From positions 20,785 to 84,784 of the forward strand of contig JAPOTY010000024.1 in the NCBI GenBank assembly GCA_026708965.1: DNA of 64,000 nt, written 5' to 3'. Both the position numbers and the translations under genes were made by a program. Below are positions 38,704 through 49,204 of the stretch, in pieces. Each line of letters starts with the position of its first letter. The first letter of the stretch is position 1. Below the pieces are notes generated by a model that saw nothing but the letters and a program-made list of their open reading frames with translations, ran no database searches and had not been told where the DNA came from. This DNA comes from Gammaproteobacteria bacterium (GTDB lineage: Bacteria > Pseudomonadota > Gammaproteobacteria > Steroidobacterales > Foliamicaceae).

Positions 38704-39699
38704 ATGCTGATACGTCGGCTTAGGTTCGACCGCAACGGCGAGCCGGCCGAAGTGGTCCGGCTGGAGGAGATTGAGCTAGGCATCCCCGGCGCCGGCGAAA
38801 TGATCGTCCGGATGGAGGCCAGCGCGATGCATATCGCCGATATCAAGCTGGTTCAGGGCATTGACGCCCTCCGCCGCCCCCTGCCCGCCACGCCCGGCTT
38901 CGAGGGCGTGGGAGAAGTGGTCGAGACCGGCCCTGATTGCGGATACGAGGCGGGGGAGCGCGTGTTTCTTCCGCTGGGCTGCGGCACGTTCTCCGAGCAT
39001 GTGCGGGTCCGCAATAGCGATATGGGCATCCGCAGCGCGCCGTCGGGCGATGCGGAGCAACTCGTGCTGTCGAATATCAACGGCGCCACCGCCTGGACCC
39101 TTCTACAGGACTTCGTGGACCTCAAGCAGGGCGAATGGGTGCTGCAGGACGCAGCGAATTCGAATGTCGGGCGGTATCTGATTGCGCTGGCCGCAAAATG
39201 GGGTTATCGCACGGTGAATCTGGTGCGGCGGGAGGAGGTCGTTCAGGAACTGAAGGATCTAGGCGCCGATGCCGTGGTTCTGGACGGACCGGGCCTGCCG
39301 GCGCGCATCCGCGAGGCAACCGGCGGAGCCGATATCCGCCTCGGCATCGATGCCATTGCCGGCGAAGGCGTCATGCGCATGGCCGACTGCCTGGCCGACG
39401 GCGGCCTGATCGTCAACTACGGGGCATTGACCGACCAGCCCTGCCAAATCGATTTCTGGCAGATGTTCCTGCGCGATATCCGCCTGTGCGGCATGTCAAC
39501 CACGCGCTGCTTTGCGGCGCGTTCCAGAGAAGAGATCGAAAAGCTGCAAAACGAGATTGCGCGGATGGCGTCGGACGGGCGCTTGAGCGCCAAGATCGCC
39601 GCCCGCTACAGGCTCGACCAGTGGCGCGAAGCCTTCGCCCACGCCGCCCGCACCGGTTCGGCCCGCGACGGCAAGATCATCGTGCTTCCAAACGGGTAG
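38704..39699 (+). CDS. zinc-independent MDR-family NAD(P)H oxidoreductase (quinone/enoyl reductase-like)
   Basis: It has PATPGFEGVGEVVETG and a Rossmann segment. The start was trimmed to the ATG at 38704. Confidence 0.78.
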   Translation: MLIRRLRFDRNGEPAEVVRLEEIELGIPGAGEMIVRMEASAMHIADIKLVQGIDALRRPLPATPGFEGVGEVVETGPDCGYEAGERVFLPLGCGTFSEHVRVRNSDMGIRSAPSGDAEQLVLSNINGATAWTLLQDFVDLKQGEWVLQDAANSNVGRYLIALAAKWGYRTVNLVRREEVVQELKDLGADAVVLDGPGLPARIREATGGADIRLGIDAIAGEGVMRMADCLADGGLIVNYGALTDQPCQIDFWQMFLRDIRLCGMSTTRCFAARSREEIEKLQNEIARMASDGRLSAKIAARYRLDQWREAFAHAARTGSARDGKIIVLPNG

Positions 39700-39716
39700 A
39701 GCAGCGCTTCGAATCC

Positions 39717-39816
39717 GCCTCTTTGAGCGCATTCCTCTCGTGGAAGGCGCCATCCTTGGCTCGGTTCCGCTATCCCTGCTTCAACGCTCCCACGAGAGGA
39801 ATGCGCTCAAAGAGGC
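39717..39816 (-). repeat. palindromic element copy E4 (27-bp perfect stem, 46-nt loop, inverted orientation)
   Basis: The arm 39717-39743 (GCCTCTTTGAGCGCATTCCTCTCGTGG) is the exact reverse complement of 39790-39816. The reverse complement of the loop contains AGCGGAACCGAGCCAAGGATGG, similar to the E3 loop segment AGCGGAACCAAGCCCATGGATGG. Confidence 0.85.
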
Positions 39817-39872
39817 TACGGTCGGCGAAGAGCCTGAAAGGCAGGCAGCGCGCTGATTATCCGGCGCTTCGG

Positions 39873-40844
39873 TCAGGGCAGAAGGATGGTCGAGCCCGTG
39901 GTGCGCCGAGCGGCGGCATCCTCGTGCGCGCGGGCCGCATTCCGCAAGGCGTAGCGCTGCCCGACCGTGATCGACAGGGTGCCTGAGGCCACTTGCTCGA
40001 AGAGCGTGGCGGCGGCGGCGCGCAATTCATCCTGCGTGGTCACGAAATCGAACAGCACCGGCCGGGTGAGCTTCAGCGAGCCGCGCCGCGCCAGCTCCAT
40101 GGGCGCGAACGGCTCCACCACGCCCGTCGCATTGCCGAAGGTCACCATGGTGCCGTGGCGGCGCAGGCAATCCAGCGACTGGCGGAAGGAATCCTTGCCC
40201 AGCGAATCATAGACCGCAGCCACTCCGCCCCCGCTCAATTCCCGAACCCGTTCCACGAAATCGGGATCGTCGCCTAGCACCACGTCGGCGCAGCCGGCCT
40301 TTCGAGCGGTATCGACCTTGGCGCCGCTGCCCACCACGCCGATCACATGCGCGCCGAGCGCCGCCGCCCATTGCGCCGCAATCTGCCCCACGCCGCCCGC
40401 AGCGGCGTACAGAAGAACCGGGTCGCCCGCTTGGACGGGGTAGCTGCGGTGCAACAAGTACCAGCTGGTCAGGCCCTTGAGCATCATCGAGGCCGCCTGC
40501 TCGTAGCTTACTTCCCGGGGCAGCGGCACCAGGCGGTTGGCCGGGTAGATCCGTTCCTCGGCATAGGCGCCAACCGGGGGTGTGCAATAGGCGACGCGAT
40601 CGCCGGCGCTGATGCCCTCCACGCCCTCGCCCGCCGCGAGCACATCGCCAGCGCCCTCCGAACCCAGGCCGCTGGGGTATTCAAGGGGATACACGCCGGT
40701 GCGGAAATAGATATCGATGAAATTGAAACCGAGCGCCCGGTTGCGCACAAGCACCTGTCCGGGCCCTGGAGCGCCCACCTCAACGGCGCGCCACTCCATA
40801 ACTTCCGGGCCGCCCGCCCGGTCCACCTGAATCGCATACGGCAT
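39873..40844 (-). CDS. qor: NADPH:quinone oxidoreductase
   Basis: GGPEVMEW..NFIDIYFRTGVYP..PSGLGSEGAG closely parallels E. coli Qor. Confidence 0.85.
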   Translation of the reverse strand: MPYAIQVDRAGGPEVMEWRAVEVGAPGPGQVLVRNRALGFNFIDIYFRTGVYPLEYPSGLGSEGAGDVLAAGEGVEGISAGDRVAYCTPPVGAYAEERIYPANRLVPLPREVSYEQAASMMLKGLTSWYLLHRSYPVQAGDPVLLYAAAGGVGQIAAQWAAALGAHVIGVVGSGAKVDTARKAGCADVVLGDDPDFVERVRELSGGGVAAVYDSLGKDSFRQSLDCLRRHGTMVTFGNATGVVEPFAPMELARRGSLKLTRPVLFDFVTTQDELRAAAATLFEQVASGTLSITVGQRYALRNAARAHEDAAARRTTGSTILLP

Positions 40845-40900
40845 CCAAGAATTCTATCCGCGAAGCCAAACGGCCGCGAAGCTTCTCGCCAAAGATCGAA

Positions 40901-42034
40901 TCAACGCGCGGTCGCGGCGCTTCGGTCCGGCGGCGCCCAGAAGATGGCCGCGGCCACCGCCGCGACAGGCGCGAGCGAAGCGTAGAGCACGGCATCCCAG
41001 CCCAGCGTTTGCATGACCAAGCCGGCGCTGAGCGATCCGATGGCGGCAATGCCGAAGATAGCGAAATCGTTAAGCGCCTGGACGCGGAAGCGCTCGGTCG
41101 GACGGTGGGTTCGCGCCAGCAGGGCCGTACCGCCCACGTAGAGGAAGTTCCAGCCGAAGCCCAGCAGCACCATTGCCGCGCCGTAATGAAGAATATGCCG
41201 GCCCGCCAGGCCGGCCGCCAGCGTCGCGCCCAGCAGCGCCGCGCCGGCCAGCATGATCCGGCCCACGCCGAAGCGCGTGATCAAGTAGCCGCTGATGAGC
41301 GAAGGAAGGTACATGGCCAGCACGTGGGTCTGGATGATGTTCGCGGTCACCTCAAGCGAATACTGATCGACAAGATGCATGGCCAGCGGCGCGGCGGTCA
41401 TCACGAACGACATCACGCCCTGCCCGATCGCAGCCCCCATCACCGCCACGACAAACAGCCGGCTGCCCGTGATGGCGCGCAGCGGGCGCGCCGCTTCGGG
41501 ACTGTCGCCGCCGGTCGCATGGGCTGCCGGGCGCAGCGCCATCAAAGCGCTGGCGGCCAGCAGATAGCAGCCGGCAATCGCCGCGAATGCGCCGCCAAAC
41601 GGTATATCCGGCATCCATGATTCACCGCGGGCGGCGAGGCCCGGCCCGAGCACGGCTCCCAGCATGGACCCCACCAGCACCACCGAAACGGCCTTCGGCC
41701 CTGCCGCCTCGCTTACGCTCTCCATCGCGGCGAAGCGGTATTGCTGCGAGAACGCCGCCGCGCATCCAATCAATGCCGCGGCAGCGCAGAACAAGACAAA
41801 GTCTTGATAGGCAATGGCTGCGATCGCCAGCGCCGAGCCCAGCGCCCCCGCGCCTGCGCCCAGCGCAAAACCCCGGGCGCGGCCGATGCGGGCCATGGTC
41901 CACGAGGCAATGACCGTGCATAGCGCCGTGCCCACGATCAGCAGCGAAACCGGCAAGGTGGCCAGCGCCGGATCGGCAGCCAATTCCCGCCCGATAATGC
42001 CTCCGATGGTGACCACGGCCACCGCTCCGGTCAC
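40901..42034 (-). CDS. MFS transporter (N-terminus unresolved)
   Basis: The protein is polytopic. TM1-like sequence continues in frame upstream of the GTG at 42034, up to a stop at 42110-42112, with no ATG/GTG/TTG in that stretch. Confidence 0.7.
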   Translation of the reverse strand: MTGAVAVVTIGGIIGRELAADPALATLPVSLLIVGTALCTVIASWTMARIGRARGFALGAGAGALGSALAIAAIAYQDFVLFCAAAALIGCAAAFSQQYRFAAMESVSEAAGPKAVSVVLVGSMLGAVLGPGLAARGESWMPDIPFGGAFAAIAGCYLLAASALMALRPAAHATGGDSPEAARPLRAITGSRLFVVAVMGAAIGQGVMSFVMTAAPLAMHLVDQYSLEVTANIIQTHVLAMYLPSLISGYLITRFGVGRIMLAGAALLGATLAAGLAGRHILHYGAAMVLLGFGWNFLYVGGTALLARTHRPTERFRVQALNDFAIFGIAAIGSLSAGLVMQTLGWDAVLYASLAPVAAVAAAIFWAPPDRSAATAR

Positions 42035-42319
42035 GGAGGCGACCTGCGCCAGGATCAGGATCGCGAGATTGCGGTTGACGAGTTCGGAGCGAGTAACCAG
42101 CGCACTGCTTCCTTAGGGCCACTGCACGAGAACTGTACGCGCTGCGCCGCCACTTGTCCAAGCCATCGGCGCGGCTAGAGGGAGTTGGGCCGCATCCTCT
42201 TTCTGATCCCACCTGCCTCCGCCCTTGCGGAACCGCACGGGCGCGAGGCCCGATCAACCCACGCAAACCGCGCGCCAACAGGCCCACTAGCGCAAACGCT
42301 TCGGCTACAATGCGCGCCC

Positions 42320-42589
42320 ATGGCCAATTCACTCCAAGCCGCAAAGCGCGCCCGCCAAGCCGTTGGCCGCCGTGCCCGCAACATGTCGGCACGCTCAAAG
42401 CTTCGCTCCGCCATCGGCAAGGCAGTCCGCGCGCTCGATTCCGGCAACGCGGAAGAGGCGGCGGCCGCCTACCGCGAAGCCGCGCCCGTCATCGATTCCA
42501 TGGCCGACAAAGGCATCATCCACGCCAACAAAGCCGCCCGCCACAAAACCCGCCTCAACAAACGCCTCAAATCCCTCTCCTCCAACTAA
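42320..42589 (+). CDS. rpsT: 30S ribosomal protein S20
   Basis: MANSLQAAKRARQAVGRRARNMSARSKLR..HANKAARHKTRLNKRLKSL. Confidence 0.95.
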   Translation: MANSLQAAKRARQAVGRRARNMSARSKLRSAIGKAVRALDSGNAEEAAAAYREAAPVIDSMADKGIIHANKAARHKTRLNKRLKSLSSN

Positions 42590-42651
42590 ACGCTGCCATG
42601 TCGGGCGTAGCTTCCTAAACGCGCCGCACCCCTTCCCCTCAGCAGGCGCCC

Positions 42652-42969
42652 ATGAAAGAAATTTACGACTGGGTTCCTTGGTTCACGGAGCTGGCGGATC
42701 TGCGGGCCTACGATGAAGCGGCGCAGCGGCTCGCTGCGGGGCAGGATGAAATGCTTCCCGCCCAATTCGCGGAGCGGATTCTGGAGGGTGAGAGCGCGAT
42801 TCGGGTTTGGCGCGAATTCCGGCGGATCAACGCCAAGGAGCTGTCCCGGCAGGTTGGAATCAGCCGCGCCTACTTGTCGCAAATTGAGAACGGAAGCCGC
42901 GCGGGAGCTTTGCCCACCATGAAGGCGCTTGCGCAGGCGCTGAATCTGGACCTCGGCGATTTGGCCTGA
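42652..42969 (+). CDS. XRE-family helix-turn-helix protein (antitoxin-like)
   Basis: The pattern IRVWREFRRINAKELSRQVGISRAYLSQIENGSRAG..LKALAQALNLDLGDL is a typical HigA/XRE HTH. No adjacent toxin ORF was seen. Confidence 0.75.
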   Translation: MKEIYDWVPWFTELADLRAYDEAAQRLAAGQDEMLPAQFAERILEGESAIRVWREFRRINAKELSRQVGISRAYLSQIENGSRAGALPTMKALAQALNLDLGDLA

Positions 42970-43060
42970 GGTGTTGTCCCGCACGAATCAATCCGGTTTC
43001 TTTACCGTTCGATATATCGAAGCCGGGAGAGAGCAATTCTGAAAGTTGGGGAGCGGCAAT

Positions 43061-44254
43061 CTAGCTGGTTTTCCAATCGCTGCCGGGCATGATGCGTTTC
43101 ATGAATTGGCCGAATAGCGGCACCGTGAAGGCGGTGTCGCCGTGGCTGGGGCTCCAGATCATGCCCTTGGCGATCAGTTGGCTTCGAGTGGGGCCGAGCG
43201 AGGTCACTTCACGGCTGAGCGTTGCGGCGACATCGCCCGAACGATGCGGACCGCCGCCTAATTCGGCCATGGCGCGCAGGTAGCGTTTTTCGGACGGCGC
43301 AAGGCGGTCGAAGCGAACGCGGAAAAAGCCTTCGTCCAAAGCGGCCACCGCGCTTCTTGTGCCTTGCTGCGCGTCGCTTAGCGTAATCGGGGATGCTTCG
43401 GCAATATCCCAAGCATGCTTGCCCCACTCCTGTAGAAAGTAAGGATAGCGATGGGTCACTTCAACAATGTACCGCACCGCATCCTCGGCAAAGCGCTCAT
43501 TCTCGGCTGCCGCAGGCCGCTCAATGGCTTGGCGCGCCGCATCAGCGGATAGCGGCCCCACTTCCGGGAAGTCGAACAAGCGTTCCGCGTAGGACCTTGC
43601 CTGCCCGGTGCGCCCTCGCAGTTGCGGCAACCCGGCCGCCACGAGCACAACAGGAAGGCTGCGCTGAGAGGCCCTGTGCAGCGCGGTGATCAATGCCGCC
43701 AATTGGTTCTCCGGCACGTACTGGAGCTCGTCAACGAACAGCGCCAAGGCTGTGCCTGCGCTGGACGCGGCTCGGCCCGATGCCTCAAGAAGAGCCTGCA
43801 AATCGAGCGTGAGATCGCCGTTATCCGCGAGCCCCGGCTCCGGATCCAAGTCCAAGCTCACCTGAATATCGCCGTATTGAACCTTCAGCGCGCCAACGAA
43901 TCCAGCCAGCGCGCGCTGAGCCCTGCGCGCCAGTTCCCGCGCCTGCTCATTGCGTGATAGCCGATTTAGCGACTTGCGTAATTCGGGGGCGAGAAGGGCT
44001 GGCAGCGATCGGTCTTCCGGGGCCTCCACGAATAACCCCTGAATGCCTGCCGATTCGGCATCGCTTCGCATCCGGTTCAGCAAAACCGTTTTTCCCACTC
44101 CGCGCAAACCAATCATGATGACGCTCTTGGCAGGGCGCCCGCGCATGATTCGCTGCGTAGCGATTCGCGCCCGCTCCAGCAGCTCGTCGCGTCCGGCCAA
44201 ATCCACGGGCGGCGTTCCCGCTCCGGGCGAATAGGGGTTTCGGATAGGGTCCAT
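43061..44254 (-). CDS. AAA+ ATPase (ORC/Cdc6-like, archaeal-ATPase type) with C-terminal winged-helix-like region
   Basis: It has a Walker A (GLRGVGKTVLL) and a Walker B (ALFVDELQ). Length is 397 aa, and an AT-rich promoter lies upstream. Confidence 0.8.
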   Translation of the reverse strand: MDPIRNPYSPGAGTPPVDLAGRDELLERARIATQRIMRGRPAKSVIMIGLRGVGKTVLLNRMRSDAESAGIQGLFVEAPEDRSLPALLAPELRKSLNRLSRNEQARELARRAQRALAGFVGALKVQYGDIQVSLDLDPEPGLADNGDLTLDLQALLEASGRAASSAGTALALFVDELQYVPENQLAALITALHRASQRSLPVVLVAAGLPQLRGRTGQARSYAERLFDFPEVGPLSADAARQAIERPAAAENERFAEDAVRYIVEVTHRYPYFLQEWGKHAWDIAEASPITLSDAQQGTRSAVAALDEGFFRVRFDRLAPSEKRYLRAMAELGGGPHRSGDVAATLSREVTSLGPTRSQLIAKGMIWSPSHGDTAFTVPLFGQFMKRIMPGSDWKTS

Positions 44255-44300
44255 GGCGATTTATATCTAAATTAGGAAGTTTATGCTGGAATTATAAACT

Positions 44301-44323
44301 CGCTAATTTCACTCAAATTAGCG
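44301..44323. promoter_or_regulatory. 9-bp inverted repeat in the AT-rich region upstream of the AAA+ ATPase gene
   Basis: CGCTAATTT-cactc-AAATTAGCG lies 47 nt upstream of the ATG at 44254. Confidence 0.4.
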
Positions 44324-44441
44324 CGGCGGCGGCGTGGCGCAGAGCATCTAATACGGCTGGCATGATGCTGGAAGCGAGGGCTGGAAGCCGCCGTTTCCAA
44401 GAGTTAGCGCAGGCGCGCGGCGGCGGCGTTGGAATTGGCGG

Positions 44442-45618
<1,177 letters not shown>

Positions 45619-45691
45619 GGAGAAAGCACGCTCCGCATCGGACAGAACGCGGGCAAAGCGCGCTCCGGCCAGTTCCTTGCGTTGCAGCGCG

Positions 45692-45949
45692 CTAGGAGGG
45701 AACGACTGAAACGAAGCGCCGGTTTGCCGCACCCTTGCGTTCGTACTTGACCACGCCGGTGGAGGTCGCGAACAGGGTGTGGTCGCGGCCCAGCCCAACG
45801 TTATCGCCGGCATGGAAGGCGGTGCCGCGCTGGCGGACCAGGATATTGCCCGCCAGCACCTGCTCGCCGCCGTATTTCTTGATTCCGAGCCGTTTGGATT
45901 CGGAATCGCGCCCGTTTCGGGAACTGCCTGCTGCTTTCTTGTGAGCCAT
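45692..45949 (-). CDS. rpmA: 50S ribosomal protein L27
   Basis: [28 protein letters not shown]. Confidence 0.95.
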   Translation of the reverse strand: MAHKKAAGSSRNGRDSESKRLGIKKYGGEQVLAGNILVRQRGTAFHAGDNVGLGRDHTLFATSTGVVKYERKGAANRRFVSVVPS

Positions 45950-45952
45950 CGG

Positions 45953-46396
45953 TCAACTCTCCTCGCTTGCTTTATTCTCGGGCGCTTTGGCCGCCGCTTT
46001 TTTCTTCGCCGGGGTTTTTCTGGCTGCGGCCTTTTTCACCTTGCCTTTCGTGGACGGCGCCGGCGCCGCCCCGGCCTTCGCGGACGGTTCGATCCCGCCG
46101 ATCTCCAGCATAGTGAATAGCTGCCGGTGCCCCAGCGTGCGGCGATAATCCTTGCGCCGCTTGAACTTGATCACTTCGATCTTCTTCGCCCTTCCATGGT
46201 CGCAAACGGTTGCCCGCACCTGCCCGACCGGCGCCGCAGCGGTCCCGATGCGGGTCTCACTGCCTTCATCGCCGCCGATCAGCATGGCGTCGAACCGCAA
46301 TTCGTCGCCCACTTCCGCGCTGAGGCGCTCCACGCGCAAACGCTGCCCCTCGCTCACGCGATACTGCTTACCGCCGGTGCTGATCACCGCAAACAT
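45953..46396 (-). CDS. rplU: 50S ribosomal protein L21 with Lys/Ala-rich C-terminal extension
   Basis: MFAVISTGGKQYRVSEGQ.. starts from the ATG at 46396. About 44 extra C-terminal residues follow (KGKVKKAAARKTPAKKKAAAKAPENK). Confidence 0.9.
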   Translation of the reverse strand: MFAVISTGGKQYRVSEGQRLRVERLSAEVGDELRFDAMLIGGDEGSETRIGTAAAPVGQVRATVCDHGRAKKIEVIKFKRRKDYRRTLGHRQLFTMLEIGGIEPSAKAGAAPAPSTKGKVKKAAARKTPAKKKAAAKAPENKASEES

Positions 46397-46509
46397 CTGG
46401 ATTCTCCGCGACCCTATGGCCGGACCACGATTATATCCGCAACGCGTTCCATACGTCCGCTGGAAGCCAGCAGTCTGCGCGCCCGCCCGGCCCCACGCAA
46501 CGGCTGCCG

Positions 46510-46998
46510 CTAAAGCCAGCCCTCCAGCGATGCTTCCCATCCAGGCTCAGGCGGATTGCGAGGGCTTCGATGCAAGGGGTTGCGGTAATTCGAGCTCGCG
46601 CCTTGGATGGACATGACGCGCTCGCGAATCCGCCAGCCGGCAGCGGTGCGAACGAATTGATCCACGTAGCGGCCATAGATCACGGTATCCTCGCCTTCGG
46701 TCGGACTCTGCCATGCGATGAAATAACTCTCCACTTCCGCAGCGCTTTGGTCGATGGCGCGAACGTGGATATTCGAGGTGTGGTGCGAAGTGGCCCGAAA
46801 CCGCCACATCCGGCGAAGGCTTGAGCGCAGCCGGGAGCGGCCCCGCACGATGTAAGGCTCCTTCTCGCCATAAGTGACCCGGCAATCCTCGGTGAAGACT
46901 TCGCCCAGGCAATCCAGCTCCATGCGGTCGAGAATCGAGCAATAGCGATGAATCAGGGCGGATATCGCCGCGCTGTCCTCAAAGGTAAGCTGCGCCAT
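46510..46998 (-). CDS. SnoaL-like / NTF2-fold protein
   Basis: The 162-aa ORF has AAISALIHRYCSILDRMELDCLGEVFTEDC.. and GWRIRER patterns typical of SnoaL_4-type proteins. Confidence 0.55.
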   Translation of the reverse strand: MAQLTFEDSAAISALIHRYCSILDRMELDCLGEVFTEDCRVTYGEKEPYIVRGRSRLRSSLRRMWRFRATSHHTSNIHVRAIDQSAAEVESYFIAWQSPTEGEDTVIYGRYVDQFVRTAAGWRIRERVMSIQGASSNYRNPLHRSPRNPPEPGWEASLEGWL

Positions 46999-47022
46999 GC
47001 CCGGTTCCGCTTCGCCTGTGCG

Positions 47023-49143
47023 CTACTGGGCCGGCCCGGTGGCCAGGCCAACGGCTTCGGCGGCGAAGGCGAACTGGTTGGCGATATCTTCGATGCGCAT
47101 CCAAGTGGGGGTGCCGGCGCCGTGGCCCGCGCGCGTTTCTATGCGGATCAGCACGGGATTGGCGCAATTCTGGGCATGCTGGAGCGCGGCCGCGAACTTG
47201 TAGCTGTGCCAAGGCGCCACGCGGTCGTCATGGTCGCCGGTGGTGACCAGCGTGGGCGGATAGCAGACCCCTTCGGCCACGCGGTGCACGGGCGAGTAAG
47301 CGTGCTGGGCGTGAAAATCCGCCTCGTTCTCCGACAGGCCGTAGTCGTCGGCCCAGGCCCGCGCGTTGGCGCTGGCCGTGTGGTAGCGCAGCATATCGAG
47401 CACTCCAACGCCGGGCAACGCCGCCCCAAACAGTTCCGGGCGCTGCGTCATTACCGCGCCCACCAGCAGGCCGCCATTGCTGCGTCCTTGTATGACCAGC
47501 CGGCCGGGCATGGTGTAGCCTTGGTCAACGAGCCATTCGGCGGCGGCGATAAAGTCGTCGAATACGTTCTGCTTGCGCTCGCGGGTGCCCGCCAAGTGCC
47601 ACTCGCGACCGTATTCGCCGCCGCCGCGAAGATTCGGAATCGCCACCATCCCGCCCATCTCCAGCCACACCAGCCAAGCGCTGTTGTAGCTCGGCCGCAG
47701 CGATATATTGAATCCGCCGTAGCCGTAAAGCAGCGTGGGCTGATCGCCGGTCGCCTCCAGATCCTTGCGGCGCACAAGGAACATGGGAATGCGGGTTCCG
47801 TCGCTGCTGGCGTAGAACACCTGCCGGGTCAGAAACTGCGAGCCGTCGATGACCGTATCGATGCGGTGGTGCAGGCGGCCCTCGCCAGTGCTTGCGTCGT
47901 ACCGGTACACGGCGCCGGGATCGGTAAAGCCGGAAAACGTGTAGAAGGTCTCCGGATCGTCCCAACGGCCCGAAAAGCCTCTCACCGAACCAACGCCGGG
48001 TAACTCGATGTCCTCCACCAGCGATCCGTCGCGCTCATGGACCCGGACCAGCGGCTGCACATCCTTCAGATACGAGGCGATGAAGCGCCCGCCCACCGCG
48101 CTCACGTCCGCCAGCACGTTCTCGGCCTGCGGCACGATCTCCGCCCATTCCCCCGGCCTGGTGATGTCCAGCGCGATCACCTTGCGGCGCGGCGCATCCT
48201 TGTTGGTCGCAAAATAGAACGTGTCGCCTTCGTTGGCGAGATAGCGGTAAATCGCGTCCCAGCCGTTGAGCAGCGGCCGGATCTCCGAATCCGGTTCGCT
48301 CATGCGCCGAAAGTGGATCGCGTTGGCGAGGTAGCCCTCCTGCAGCGCCACCACAAGGAATTGTCCGTCCTCCGTGACGGACGCATAAGCGTTTCGCTCC
48401 TCGTCCGGAGGCATCCGCAAAACCAAGCGGTCCTCGGATTGATCCGTTCCCAGCGCATGAAAATACACCGATACAGCCTTCTGGTCGTCGCCGCGGCCCT
48501 GGCCATCGAGCGGATAGCGGCTGTAGTAGAAACCGGATTCGTCCGGCGCCCAGGAAATGCCGGTGAACTTGGTGAATGTGATGCGGTCCGGAAGATCCGC
48601 GCCATCCGCCACTTCGCGCACCCGCCAGTCGCGCCAATCCGAACCGCCGTCGGACTGCGCGTAGGCGATGTAGCGCCCGCCCGGGCTTGCCGCATGGCCT
48701 GCCAGACTCACCGTGCCGTCTTCCGTCCATGTGTTGGGATCGATCAGCACCCGCGGGGCGCCGTCAATTCCCGCCCGCACGTAAAGCACGTTGTGATCCT
48801 GCAAGCCATCGTTGCGAAACTCGAAGTACCACGGCCCATGGCGCCATGGCGCAAAGCGGCGGGAATAGTTGCGGGCTTCGGTCAGCCGCGCCCGCAGCGC
48901 TTCGGTGAGTGGCAGGTTCTTGAGGAAAGGCTCAGCGAGCGCATTCTGCGATGCGACCCACTCGGCCGTTTCCTCGGAGTCCAAATCCTCCATCCAGCGG
49001 TACGGGTCGGACACCTCCGCGCCGAAATAATCGTCGCTCTGATCCGAGCGCCGGGAATCGGGATACTGGGGTCCTTTATCCGCGCCGGGGGCGCATCCGC
49101 CCGCCAGAACCGCCACGGCAAGAAGGGTTGTTGCTTTGCGCAT
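47023..49143 (-). CDS. prolyl oligopeptidase (S9A) family serine peptidase, lipoprotein
   Basis: The start is the ATG at 49143, giving the lipobox MRKATTLLAVAVLAGGC. The catalytic GRSNGGLL motif and a beta-propeller N-terminal region are present. Confidence 0.85.
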   Translation of the reverse strand: MRKATTLLAVAVLAGGCAPGADKGPQYPDSRRSDQSDDYFGAEVSDPYRWMEDLDSEETAEWVASQNALAEPFLKNLPLTEALRARLTEARNYSRRFAPWRHGPWYFEFRNDGLQDHNVLYVRAGIDGAPRVLIDPNTWTEDGTVSLAGHAASPGGRYIAYAQSDGGSDWRDWRVREVADGADLPDRITFTKFTGISWAPDESGFYYSRYPLDGQGRGDDQKAVSVYFHALGTDQSEDRLVLRMPPDEERNAYASVTEDGQFLVVALQEGYLANAIHFRRMSEPDSEIRPLLNGWDAIYRYLANEGDTFYFATNKDAPRRKVIALDITRPGEWAEIVPQAENVLADVSAVGGRFIASYLKDVQPLVRVHERDGSLVEDIELPGVGSVRGFSGRWDDPETFYTFSGFTDPGAVYRYDASTGEGRLHHRIDTVIDGSQFLTRQVFYASSDGTRIPMFLVRRKDLEATGDQPTLLYGYGGFNISLRPSYNSAWLVWLEMGGMVAIPNLRGGGEYGREWHLAGTRERKQNVFDDFIAAAEWLVDQGYTMPGRLVIQGRSNGGLLVGAVMTQRPELFGAALPGVGVLDMLRYHTASANARAWADDYGLSENEADFHAQHAYSPVHRVAEGVCYPPTLVTTGDHDDRVAPWHSYKFAAALQHAQNCANPVLIRIETRAGHGAGTPTWMRIEDIANQFAFAAEAVGLATGPAQ

Positions 49144-49204
49144 AGGTGTACTCGAATCTTGCGTAGCTGCGCATTCTAGCCCGCCTGCCGCGTGGCGAGT
49201 TGAT

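Noticed and set aside
42305-42322. TACAAT located 10 nt upstream of the rpsT ATG, suggesting a leaderless rpsT mRNA.
   Set aside because: There is no convincing -35 element at the right spacing. A single hexamer match is weak evidence, and transcription-start data would be needed.
43008-43021. The perfect 14-bp palindrome TTCGATATATCGAA as an independent regulatory site or terminator.
   Set aside because: It is too short and AT-rich for a stable terminator stem, and no U-tract follows. It is mentioned only as context in the XRE/ATPase finding.
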